From Actinomycetota bacterium (GTDB lineage Bacteria; Actinomycetota; Acidimicrobiia; Spongiisociales; UBA5794), in contig JBDLJV010000003.1 of assembly GCA_039714175.1 (NCBI GenBank), positions 1 through 34,466 of the forward strand: 34,466 nt of DNA, written 5' to 3'. How positions within the stretch are numbered: the first letter of the stretch is position 1; each line of letters opens with the position of its first letter. The notes beneath the pieces were generated by a model that saw only the letters and a program-made list of their open reading frames with translations, was not told the origin of the DNA and ran no database searches. Positions 26,307 to 34,466 of this stretch are shown one piece after another. The translations under genes were made by a program, and so were the position numbers.

Positions 26307-27262
26307 CAGCGATCCCCTTTCACCATCGTGGATGCTTCTGCGAGTGCCTCGAGTTGCCGCTCGGTCATGACACGGCTGGCACCCTTTGCGAAATACCGCT
26401 CCAGGTGCATCTGGCCGACCATGAGAATCGAGGTGAAGGCCAGGTACCACGTTGAAGCGATCATGAGCATCGGAATTGGGTTGAACGTCTCGATTGACAG
26501 GTCACGGGCTCTGGCGTACAGATCGAGCGTATAGGGCACAGCGATGACCAGGGAGGTTGTCTTGAGCATCGAAATGAGTTCGTTGCCCGCCGGAGGAATG
26601 ATGACACGCATGGCTTGGGGCATGACGATCTGAGCCATTGTCTGCGTCCACGACATGCCCAGTGCGGTCGCTGCCTCGGTCTGACCCTCATCGACGCTTG
26701 TGATGCCTGCACGGACAATCTCCGCCATATAGGCAGCTTCATTGAGCGCAAGCCCGATGACAGCGATCCAGAACGTGTGGTCGAGGAACGCCCTCATATC
26801 GAAGGTGGCGAACGTCGGACCAAACGGGATGCCAATGTCGATCTGGTGGTAGATGGTGGCGATGAGCCCCCAGAAGACGAGCTGCACATAGACGGGTGTT
26901 CCCCGGAAGAACCACAGCACACCCCAACTGACCGACCGCAGAACCGGGTTCGGGGACAAGCGCATCGCTGCAAGCATCACGCCAAGGACCAATCCCAAGG
27001 CCATCGCAAGAACCGTCAGCATGATCGTGATACCGGCCGCATTGATGATCCGGCTGTCGAATAGGTACTCGGCGTAGGTCGGCCACTCATAGGCGGGATT
27101 GGTCGCTGCTCCGTAGAGGAACAGTCCAAGGAAGAGCAGCACTGCGGCGGCCGAGAACGTACGTCCCGGCCGCCGGAGTGGCACTGCTTTGATTGGCTCC
27201 GGCCCGGCGGGCTCGGAGTCAGCTTCTTGGCTACTCGTGCTTCGCTGGTTGGAGCCGGACAT
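26306..27262 (-). CDS. polar amino acid ABC transporter permease
   Basis: FRGTPVYVQL, NEAAYMAEIVRAG, GQTEAATALG, MLKTTSL. Confidence 0.95.
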   Translation of the reverse strand: MSGSNQRSTSSQEADSEPAGPEPIKAVPLRRPGRTFSAAAVLLFLGLFLYGAATNPAYEWPTYAEYLFDSRIINAAGITIMLTVLAMALGLVLGVMLAAMRLSPNPVLRSVSWGVLWFFRGTPVYVQLVFWGLIATIYHQIDIGIPFGPTFATFDMRAFLDHTFWIAVIGLALNEAAYMAEIVRAGITSVDEGQTEAATALGMSWTQTMAQIVMPQAMRVIIPPAGNELISMLKTTSLVIAVPYTLDLYARARDLSIETFNPIPMLMIASTWYLAFTSILMVGQMHLERYFAKGASRVMTERQLEALAEASTMVKGDR

Positions 27263-28153
27263 TTAGTACACCGCGCCGTTGATCGTGACCTCTTCGATGG
27301 CTCCCTCTTCGACTCCCCACTTCGTGAGAATCTCAAGGTATGTGCCATCATCGATCAAGGACTGCATCGCTGTTGCCAACGCATCCTTCAACGTCCCGGC
27401 GTCCTTGCCGACAGCGATACCGAACGGGGCCGAATCGACGATGTCGCCAGCCAGTTCGAGCTTGCCTTCGGTCAGTGACACCGCGTACTGGGTGACGGGA
27501 GAGTCTGCCACAAAGGCATCCGCTCGCCCGAGGACAACGGCGTTGGTGACGACCTCGTGGCCGTCGAGCTTCAGTATGTTGATCGGCTCTTTGCCGTCGG
27601 CAACACACGCATCGCTTATCGCCGGGACCTCGTCTGTCTCCTGCCATGTTCCCGTACCGACCGCGACGATCAGGCCGCACGCGTTGGCGGGATCGACATT
27701 GGAGCCGGCCTGAGCCGCCCACTGGCTGCCGGCCTCGAAGTAGTCCACGAAGTCAACCGACTCTTGTCGCGAGAATGTGTCGGTGAACGACGCCCATCCG
27801 ATGTCGAAGGTGCCACCCTTGACGCTCGGGATGATGTTGTCGAATTGCGACTCGCGGAATTTCGGCTCAAGCCCAAGCCTGTGGCTGAGCGCCGTGACCA
27901 ACTCGATTCCCCAACCGGTGGGGTTGCCGTCCGGATCCTTGAATTCATCCGGGGAGTATGAGAGCTCGGTGCCGATCACGAGCTCGCCTGAGGACTTGAT
28001 GTCGTCAGGCAGAAGCGCAACGGCAGCCTCATCCACCACTCCCGAACCCGCGGTAGTGGTGATGTCACTCGAATCGTCGCTCGAGCAACCCGTAAGGGCG
28101 GTCATCACCATGACGACGCTGATTGCAATCGTGATTAGGCGATATCTGGACAT
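27263..28153 (-). CDS. amino acid ABC transporter substrate-binding lipoprotein (family 3)
   Basis: Lipobox LTGC; FDNIIP, VDFVDYF, DGTYLEILTKWG; RBS AGGAGG. Confidence 0.93.
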   Translation of the reverse strand: MSRYRLITIAISVVMVMTALTGCSSDDSSDITTTAGSGVVDEAAVALLPDDIKSSGELVIGTELSYSPDEFKDPDGNPTGWGIELVTALSHRLGLEPKFRESQFDNIIPSVKGGTFDIGWASFTDTFSRQESVDFVDYFEAGSQWAAQAGSNVDPANACGLIVAVGTGTWQETDEVPAISDACVADGKEPINILKLDGHEVVTNAVVLGRADAFVADSPVTQYAVSLTEGKLELAGDIVDSAPFGIAVGKDAGTLKDALATAMQSLIDDGTYLEILTKWGVEEGAIEEVTINGAVY

Positions 28154-28164
28154 GTGCGGACCTC

Positions 28165-29157
28165 CTATGGTGCCGACTGGTTGTGTGTGGATAAGGCAGA
28201 ATCAAGAACGGTATGCCTGTCATCTGCGAACTGTCTGTGGTCGTGAATGAAGTCCATGACGGTTGCGCTGGTCGTAGCCCCTGCGCGAGCTCCTGCGACG
28301 GTCACGGCTCTCGCGGAAGCAGCAGTGGCGAAGATCGCGGCGAGCTCTGCGTCCCCGGTGCGATTGAGGGCGTACAGGAACGCTGCGCCGAAGGTGTCAC
28401 CGGCTCCGGTGACATCAACAACGTCGACTTGGATACCTGGAATCTCGCGGACGACGTCGGCGTCGTAGAGCCGGCATCCATCCTCGGCGAGAGTTACGAC
28501 AAGCGTTTGCAGCCGCCCGGATAGCAGCTCGGCCACCGCCTGGGCTTCACTGCCGCCGTGAGCGAGATGTTGCATGCCGACGCGATTGACGAAGAGGATG
28601 TCCGCAAGACCGAGGAGTGCATCGTCTCCGACCCGGAGGTCTCCCACATCGAGGTCAAGAACGAGTTTTGCCCCAGCGGCGTGAACCTCGCCGATGATCT
28701 CACCCGGGAGCCTGTCTCGGTGGCGGAGCATCCGCAGGTCACCAATAGCCGTGTAGATGTAGCTTGCTTCGGTGATCGTGGCGAGCGCTTCGTCACTCAA
28801 TTCGATGCGTTCCAGCCCAGTCCTGGGAGTCAGGACAGTGTGCTCATCCCCTGCAGAGACGATGATGCAGCGGGAATCGGCCAACGCCTCGTCGCGGCTG
28901 ACCAGTTGGGTGTCCACGCCGCTCTCGGACAAACCGGCAAGCAGGGAATCCGTGGTGGGACTGTCGTTCATGACCCAGCAGAACCGAGCCTGCTCGCCGT
29001 ACCCGGCGTACACAACAGCAGCGTTGGCGATCATGCCTCCCGGGAACGCGCCCACCGCTTCGACTTCGATCTTCGTGCCGTGTTGCGGCCATTCATCGGC
29101 GCGGTAGTGCTCGTCGAGAGCAGCATCGCCGATGAAGACGCAGTAGTCGCTCGTCAT
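28165..29157 (-). CDS. PfkB/ribokinase family carbohydrate kinase
   Basis: GGMIANAA and DVTGAGDTF signature; ATGA overlap with the upstream gene. Confidence 0.92.
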   Translation of the reverse strand: MTSDYCVFIGDAALDEHYRADEWPQHGTKIEVEAVGAFPGGMIANAAVVYAGYGEQARFCWVMNDSPTTDSLLAGLSESGVDTQLVSRDEALADSRCIIVSAGDEHTVLTPRTGLERIELSDEALATITEASYIYTAIGDLRMLRHRDRLPGEIIGEVHAAGAKLVLDLDVGDLRVGDDALLGLADILFVNRVGMQHLAHGGSEAQAVAELLSGRLQTLVVTLAEDGCRLYDADVVREIPGIQVDVVDVTGAGDTFGAAFLYALNRTGDAELAAIFATAASARAVTVAGARAGATTSATVMDFIHDHRQFADDRHTVLDSALSTHNQSAP

Positions 29158-29660
29158 ACCAAGCTCTCTTCGGCGAGCTCGATGGCGACCGGCCCGTTGT
29201 CGAGTTCGATCCAATCGTCCTGCAGTGCCTCGTCGACGGCTGCAAACCAGTAGTAGACCGCCGGTCCGTCCACGCCGACGCACGGGGCGTGCCACACGCC
29301 GGGATCCAGGATCACGCATTCACCCCGAGAGATCAACAGCGCTTCCACGTCCACCGTCCGAGGCCGAGCTTCGGTCGGTGCGGCGACCGGCAGAATGACG
29401 GGATCCCCTGAGCAGAACACCGCTTCCGAGGTGTGCAGGTGTCGCTCCATCTGGTGGACACTCGAAGGGAGTTCGGGACCGGCGGTCAACCCCAGATGTC
29501 CACCAGACCCGATCAACGCATCACTGGTGTACCGATCGCTGAATCCAGGCCCTGCCGTATCAACGACACCCGGCCCGCCAGTCGCAAGGTTCACGTACCG
29601 CCCGTACGGAGACACGTCTGCCTCGCTGCACGGAACGGCTGTGGCATGCGCTCGGGTCAC
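29154..29660 (-). CDS. ureidoglycolate lyase (AllA)-like cupin
   Basis: SPYG, MERHLHTSE, LPVA, PGVWHAP. Confidence 0.75.
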   Translation of the reverse strand: MTRAHATAVPCSEADVSPYGRYVNLATGGPGVVDTAGPGFSDRYTSDALIGSGGHLGLTAGPELPSSVHQMERHLHTSEAVFCSGDPVILPVAAPTEARPRTVDVEALLISRGECVILDPGVWHAPCVGVDGPAVYYWFAAVDEALQDDWIELDNGPVAIELAEESLV

Positions 29661-29661
29661 G

Positions 29662-30441
29662 TCACACTCCCCTCACGGTGTCGATGGGAGCAGCACCACG
29701 GATTCTGCGCACAGCTTCCACGAGGCTCTCGGCGTGCTCGGCGCTGACATCGCCGTTGTCGGTAAACGTGTCCTTCAGATAGCTCCCGACGATCGCACCA
29801 TCAGCGACAGAGAGTTGGTTTTCGGCGTTGCGGATCGTGACACCTGCGCCGGTGATCAGCGGGAAGGATTGTCCAACGACGTCCCGGAAATCGACGATCT
29901 TGCTCAGATCGGTCTCAATGCCGGTTCCCACGCCTGTTACGACGACCGCGTCGCATCGCTCAATGGCCAGACGCAGATCGGTCTCCACAGAGTTGCCTGA
30001 GAGAACCGGCTGGTACTTGAAGCGAACGCCGCCGAAGACCAACGCTGAGGACTGTTCACGCTGCTCGGCCAGCCACTCGGCGAATGCCGCGTCGTCATCG
30101 GGAGCGAGATGGCCGGCGACCGAGTCCAATTGGATGAAGGCGGCCCCGTAACTTCGCGCAAGTTCGAACGCGCGCACATCGTCGTCGAGCACGTTCACGC
30201 CGTAGGTGCACTCCGAACGATGGGTTGCGAGATACTCGAGAACGCTCTCGACGTCATCCGCGCTGCCGAAGTAATTCTCGACGATGACACCGTCGACTCC
30301 TGCTTCGGTGAGGATGTCGATTTCTCGAAGTGTTCGCCGCAGACGATCGTGCTCTGTATCGCCCTTGAGATGCAGCATCGCAAAGACGGGCTTGTTCCCG
30401 AATGTGCTGTTGAACCGTTCCATGGGACTCATGTCGGTCAC
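29662..30441 (-). CDS. BtpA/SgcQ family TIM-barrel protein
   Basis: KPVFAMLHL, GVDGVIVENY, GVNVL, DAVVVTG..TG, GAGVT..N, ADGAIVGSYLK. Confidence 0.88.
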   Translation of the reverse strand: MTDMSPMERFNSTFGNKPVFAMLHLKGDTEHDRLRRTLREIDILTEAGVDGVIVENYFGSADDVESVLEYLATHRSECTYGVNVLDDDVRAFELARSYGAAFIQLDSVAGHLAPDDDAAFAEWLAEQREQSSALVFGGVRFKYQPVLSGNSVETDLRLAIERCDAVVVTGVGTGIETDLSKIVDFRDVVGQSFPLITGAGVTIRNAENQLSVADGAIVGSYLKDTFTDNGDVSAEHAESLVEAVRRIRGAAPIDTVRGV

Positions 30442-31163
30442 AGTTCTCCCCCGGGGAACTCGGCGATGGCGGTGGTCAGGTTGAACTCCACGCGCGATGC
30501 GTAGAGAACCTTTATCTGTTCGATCTCGACATCGTTCTGATCAAAGGCACTTCCCTCGGTCTTGATCAGCGCAGGACCATCGGAAGGTTCTCCAAGAAGT
30601 TCAGCCACGTCAGGAGAAGGGATCTCGGTCGAAAGCGTGATCTGCGTGCGCCGCGGATGTGTTTTGTACTGCTCACGGAGTATTTGGTAGAGGGATCGAT
30701 CCTCGAAGTCGATGTCCTCGATCCCGGGGAATCGGCTGGCGTCCATCACGGAAGTGTCCAACGAGAGGTAGGTCGTCCGCTCAGGCGTCCTGGTTCCGCG
30801 AAGGCGGACCATCCGGAAGTACTGGTGACCATCGATCTCGGTCAATCCCGCCTCTATGACATGCGCCACAGGGGATTCGGCGCGCCCTCTCAGGCTGTCC
30901 GTGAAACCGCCCATGTTCAGAATGCTGTGACGAATGGGCTGCAACTGGACGAAGGTGCCCTTGCCGTGTTGCCGGCGCACCAGGCCTTCGCTCACGAGAA
31001 CATCAACCGCCTGACGAGCGGTCCCACGCGCGGTGCCGAACATCGACATCAGCTCGGCTTCCGAGGGAATTGCATCGCCGGGCTTGTACGTCCCCTCCAA
31101 GATCAACCCTCGAAGCTGCTGGCTCATGTGAACGTATCGCGGTGTGAAGCTGGACTTGACCAC
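30438..31163 (-). CDS. GntR family regulator (HutC/UTRA subfamily)
   Basis: IPSEAEL...TARQAVDVLVSEGLV.R.HGKGTFV plus UTRA-type SLYQILRE; RBS GGAGG. Confidence 0.93.
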   Translation of the reverse strand: MVKSSFTPRYVHMSQQLRGLILEGTYKPGDAIPSEAELMSMFGTARGTARQAVDVLVSEGLVRRQHGKGTFVQLQPIRHSILNMGGFTDSLRGRAESPVAHVIEAGLTEIDGHQYFRMVRLRGTRTPERTTYLSLDTSVMDASRFPGIEDIDFEDRSLYQILREQYKTHPRRTQITLSTEIPSPDVAELLGEPSDGPALIKTEGSAFDQNDVEIEQIKVLYASRVEFNLTTAIAEFPGGEL

Positions 31164-31187
31164 CTGTGTCGTTCCTCCGTTGAGGTC

Positions 31188-31211
31188 ACTTGTCTAGACG
31201 TCTATACGAGT
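31188..31211. promoter_or_regulatory. palindromic GntR/HutC-type operator
   Basis: ACTTGTCTAGAC|GTCTATACGAGT, arms match at 10/12, about 25 bp upstream of the GntR start. Confidence 0.75.
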
Positions 31212-31346
31212 AGAGTAACACGCAACATCTGATTCTGTCAATCAAGCCGCTGCCGTCCGAGAGCATCTCAATAGTCTCCTGTCAAGATTCTCCACAGAGT
31301 GCTCGATGTCGATTGGCACAGACCAATCACCCTGGCCCAGACGCGA

Positions 31347-31469
31347 GTGAATCCGAACGGCGATGAACTGAATGCCATTCCGACGGCCGGACTCGACTTC
31401 TACGGGATCTTCCGAGCCTACGAACCCGAACCGGATCTGGTCTTCCCCGAAGTCAAGCGAATCAACTGA
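31347..31469 (+). pseudogene. C-terminal remnant resembling a DUF1214-type protein
   Basis: VNPNGDELNAIPTAGLDFYGIFRAYEPEPDLVFPEVKRIN* resembles the N.IPT....F....R.Y.P ending of DUF1214 proteins. Confidence 0.5.
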
Positions 31470-31781
31470 CCCCCTATCGGTGACGCGAATCGCCGAACGC
31501 TGCAGATGGGAAATAGGACGCACACTCGGTTCCAACTCCTGGGGACTATGTCTGCTGGCGACCGGGAGTTGAATCGTGCTGGGGAAGACCATGATGACGT
31601 CCTCCGCTCCGACCTCGGTGGGCACATCGACTTCGTGCAGGCGGCCGTCCTCCCGGCCGATTCGAGTAGTTGACGACGTCGAGAGACGCTGGATCGGCCG
31701 CGCCCACACCGAGTCGTGGTGGTCGCGGCACATCGATCGCAGCGTCGGCACCGCCGATGCGTCTTGGTCCGCGACACCTCG

Positions 31782-32447
31782 TCAGAGCAGGATCTCGACG
31801 GCATCCCCGACCAGCGACACGCCGATGACGAGGAGCAGAACAGACATCACAACAGAGTTGTTCTGAATGAGCCAGTCCTTGGCACTCGTAAGGAGCGTGT
31901 CGGCGCCCTCACCGACGATGAGATAGCCGACAACCGGAATGATGACCGTGCTCGCCGCTATGAGCGTGAAGATGAGCAACGCCGTCACCGTCTCTCCCGT
32001 TGCGAGCCCAGCAGCCGAGATCGTTGCGGCAGCCGCCACGACGAGCAGGAGGTTCTTGGGATTCAAGCCGGACAGGAGAAACCCCATCCCGAACGACTTG
32101 CCGGGGCTGAAGCTGTCGATCGTGTCCATCCATTTCGGCGCTTCAGCACTCTCACCTGGCTTCGGACGTTTGCGCCATGCGCCCACGGCAAGCACCAGCA
32201 GGAGCACCCCGAGAAGGCCCTTGATGACGCCGGAGGTGGTCGACGGCTCTCCCCCGGTCTCCATGCCGGGGATCACAAGGACGATCGAGCCGGCAACCAG
32301 GATCCCGGCGATCCATCCGACCATGAACACCGGCGCATTGGTCTTCGCCTTCGGCGTGAAGAGAATCACGATTGCGGCAGCGATCGGCACGGGACTCACC
32401 GCGACCCCGATAGCAACTGAAAGCGTCTCCCCGATCACGTCAATCAT
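31782..32447 (-). CDS. GAP (SfLAP) family membrane protein
   Basis: AIGVAVSPVPI, PKWM, NPKNLLL, KDWLIQNN; six TM segments; RBS GAGGTG. Confidence 0.9.
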   Translation of the reverse strand: MIDVIGETLSVAIGVAVSPVPIAAAIVILFTPKAKTNAPVFMVGWIAGILVAGSIVLVIPGMETGGEPSTTSGVIKGLLGVLLLVLAVGAWRKRPKPGESAEAPKWMDTIDSFSPGKSFGMGFLLSGLNPKNLLLVVAAAATISAAGLATGETVTALLIFTLIAASTVIIPVVGYLIVGEGADTLLTSAKDWLIQNNSVVMSVLLLVIGVSLVGDAVEILL

Positions 32448-32786
32448 GCTTCACCTCACCTCGACTGTTTGTTCTCTCGCCACACGCTAACGCGGCTCCG
32501 CAGGACCGAAGCGGAACACATTCTCAGCGATCTCAACCGCTCCGTGATTGATGGGCGCCCTCGACAGAGGGCAAGGACAGGAGCCGTAGACGCTCACGAT
32601 ACGAACCTGCGTCGTGTCTGAGTCGAGGCGTCTTGTGTGCGACAGGGGAAATCGTACGGTTGGTCGAACACGGTCAGCCGGCACAGATCCCGATCCGACG
32701 ATCAAACCGGCCAGTGTCGCGAGCGAGGGAGGACACAGCTGTCCATGACACGGATCGTGATCGATCTGCCCGATGAAAGGGGAACC

Positions 32787-33254
32787 ATGTCAGCATTCGC
32801 ATTCGACAGGAACGCGGGTCCGATGCCCAACTCCGCCCCTGCACCAGAGACCCTCGAGACGAGCTTCGGCACGATCGAGTTCGCGGGAGGGGCGTATCCC
32901 ACACCCGAGTCCGCCCGCCTGCTGTTCGACGAACTCGGTTTCCAGCCTGCCACTCAGGCATACATCAACTTCTACCCGGCGCTGTCGCTGCTCGGCTTGC
33001 TCGCCGGGCAGAGCCGCGACGTCGGGGCGATGTCCTGTTCCGAATTCGGCGTCTACGCCGACTTCGCTACGGCGACAGATCTCTACCTGACTGCCGACAC
33101 CGACTCCGTCTACGCAACGCTGACCTTCGATCTGGGCGAGGACGGTCCCACAGTCGTCGAGACCCCGGAAGGGATGTACGGTCCGGCCGACGACGCCTAC
33201 TTCAGGTCCATTGTCGAGATGTCAAGCCCTGTCATCCGTTTGACACAGGTTTGA
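32787..33254 (+). pseudogene. truncated DUF1254-domain protein (N-terminal part only)
   Basis: LETSFGTIEF..G.YPT, LFDELGFQPATQAY, LYLTADTDSVY, DL..DGPTVVE.P, DDAYFR; ends at 155 aa inside the domain. Confidence 0.75.
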
Positions 33255-33288
33255 CATGACTCCCTCGCACGGGCGCCGGACGCGAGAA

Positions 33289-33319
33289 GACCGCTGAGAC
33301 ATGTAGGAATCTCAACGGT
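33289..33319 (-). terminator. hairpin directly downstream of the tRNA remnant
   Basis: Minus strand ACCGTTGAGA-N11-TCTCAGCGGT. Confidence 0.6.
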
Positions 33320-33326
33320 TCCCTTC

Positions 33327-33349
33327 GTAGCGGGGGCAGGATTCGAACC
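33327..33349 (-). other. 3' fragment of a tRNA-Met (initiator-like), candidate att-site scar
   Basis: Minus strand GGTTCGAATCCTGCCCCCGCTAC = T-loop plus 3' acceptor strand. No D-arm, anticodon arm or 5' acceptor strand is visible upstream. Confidence 0.75.
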
Positions 33350-33506
33350 CTCCCCACCGAGCACACGGAGAAGGGGATTCCCGCTCGAAGGACCGCTGTC
33401 TGGTTGCGTCCTCTGACGTGGCATATGAGCGGCACCGCGTCGACCTCGTTGTTGTCTTCCCAGCCGATTGCTTCGAGTGCTGCAACTCCCGACCACGCTG
33501 CCTGGA

Positions 33507-33998
33507 TCAGGATTGAACAGCGCTTCGATACGTGTTGAGTTGTTCAGCGTCGGTGATGGAACCGTGGTGATGGATCTGGCCCCAACGTCCGTTGATTCGA
33601 TGGAACACACGGGTCGTGCGAATGTCGAGATCAACGGTCACACCGGCTCTGGTGAACTCGCCACGTTCCCTCCCGGAGAAGACAGCAGCATCCTGGCCGA
33701 GCTCGTAGGCAACGATCTCCGTGAACTCGACCCACACGTCAGCGGGTCCGTTGAAGATGCCGGCGTAGAGATCGGTGATGGGGTGGATCCCTTCGAGGAT
33801 CCCGCCGAGGGGGTTCTTGAGTCGGATCAGCTCGTGGGCCACCCAGACCTGGCGGAAGACGCCGAGGTCGCCATTGTTGAAAGCGAAGTAGAACGACTCG
33901 AGCGCGGCCAGGGCACCGGCAATACCGGGTCGGGTGGCCTCGTCGAGACGATTGGCTGCATCCTTGCCGAAGGTCTCGTCGACTCGGGTGTACGTCAT
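33507..33998 (-). CDS. NTF2-like / SnoaL-like protein
   Basis: ALESFYFAFNNGDL...W, NPLGG, GRERG, IRTTRVF, WGQIHHHGS. Confidence 0.85.
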   Translation of the reverse strand: MTYTRVDETFGKDAANRLDEATRPGIAGALAALESFYFAFNNGDLGVFRQVWVAHELIRLKNPLGGILEGIHPITDLYAGIFNGPADVWVEFTEIVAYELGQDAAVFSGRERGEFTRAGVTVDLDIRTTRVFHRINGRWGQIHHHGSITDAEQLNTYRSAVQS

Positions 33999-34466
33999 GG
34001 TCGACGCCTCCCGATGGCGGTGTGGATGAGCGCAACCAACGCGGATGTGGCATTCGCCTGGGCGTCCGGGTCGCCAGTGGCTCGGGCAAGGACATAGCTG
34101 CCCTGGACCGTGGCAATGGCAAGATCAGCGAGCGCTACCGGTTCAATGTCGATGTCGATGACATCGAACGCATCGGTGAGGCGTTCACGGATATGGACGA
34201 AGTATCTGGCGATGGGATCCATGATCCGCGGGTCCGTGAGGGATGCTTCCATGGTGATGCGCCCGATTCGGCAACCCGCCAGGGCGTCTCGTGGGCATGA
34301 GAGGAACGCCTCGCCAACAGCGAGACCGGTCTCTTCGGTCAAGGCATCGAATTGATCGCACATCTCTTCCGCGAGTGAGGTGAGAGCCGCCTCGGCGAGG
34401 TCGGCCTTGCTGGCGAAGTGGTGGTAGAAGCTGCCTTGACCGACCCCGCTCGCGCTTTGGATCTGT
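33995..34466 (-). CDS. TetR/AcrR family regulator (N-terminus beyond the window end)
   Basis: QIQSASGVGQGSFYHHFASKADLA HTH; GCRIG; ATVQGSYVLARA; ATGA overlap with the NTF2 gene. Confidence 0.9.
   Translation of the reverse strand, partial: QIQSASGVGQGSFYHHFASKADLAEAALTSLAEEMCDQFDALTEETGLAVGEAFLSCPRDALAGCRIGRITMEASLTDPRIMDPIARYFVHIRERLTDAFDVIDIDIEPVALADLAIATVQGSYVLARATGDPDAQANATSALVALIHTAIGRRRP

Noticed and set aside
33280-33420. Intact tRNA gene
   Set aside because: Only the 3' 23 nt match; no D-arm, anticodon arm or pairing 5' acceptor strand.

Overview
GC-rich bacterial chromosomal segment. The gene content and apparent leaderless starts suggest an actinobacterium, possibly Acidimicrobiia; this is inference only. 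It carries about 30 intact CDSs. Left part: a cysteine hydrolase/AraC pair, a secreted Ca-binding repeat protein, an atypical Rieske/cytochrome b operon (b6-like cyt b, short Tat Rieske, doubly anchored triheme cyt c) divergent from a Gln/Gly-rich secreted protein and an OmpR/sensor kinase pair, a CBS-BON protein, a CPA2-USP antiporter and a secreted VWA protein. Middle: two GNATs flanking a decayed cytosine deaminase, an acyl-CoA ligase, a D-cysteine desulfhydrase-like enzyme, an aldo-keto reductase, an FMO/PadR pair and a DASS transporter. The best candidate for an undescribed system is a tightly coupled 8-gene operon at 24323-31163 (GntR, BtpA/SgcQ, ureidoglycolate-lyase-like cupin, PfkB kinase, polar amino acid ABC transporter, rocD) with a clear palindromic operator. 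The right end (31.2-33.5 kb) holds gene fragments and a tRNA-Met 3' remnant resembling an att scar. No CRISPR array, rRNA, intact tRNA or transposase was seen. All family calls come from motif recognition by eye, with no database search.
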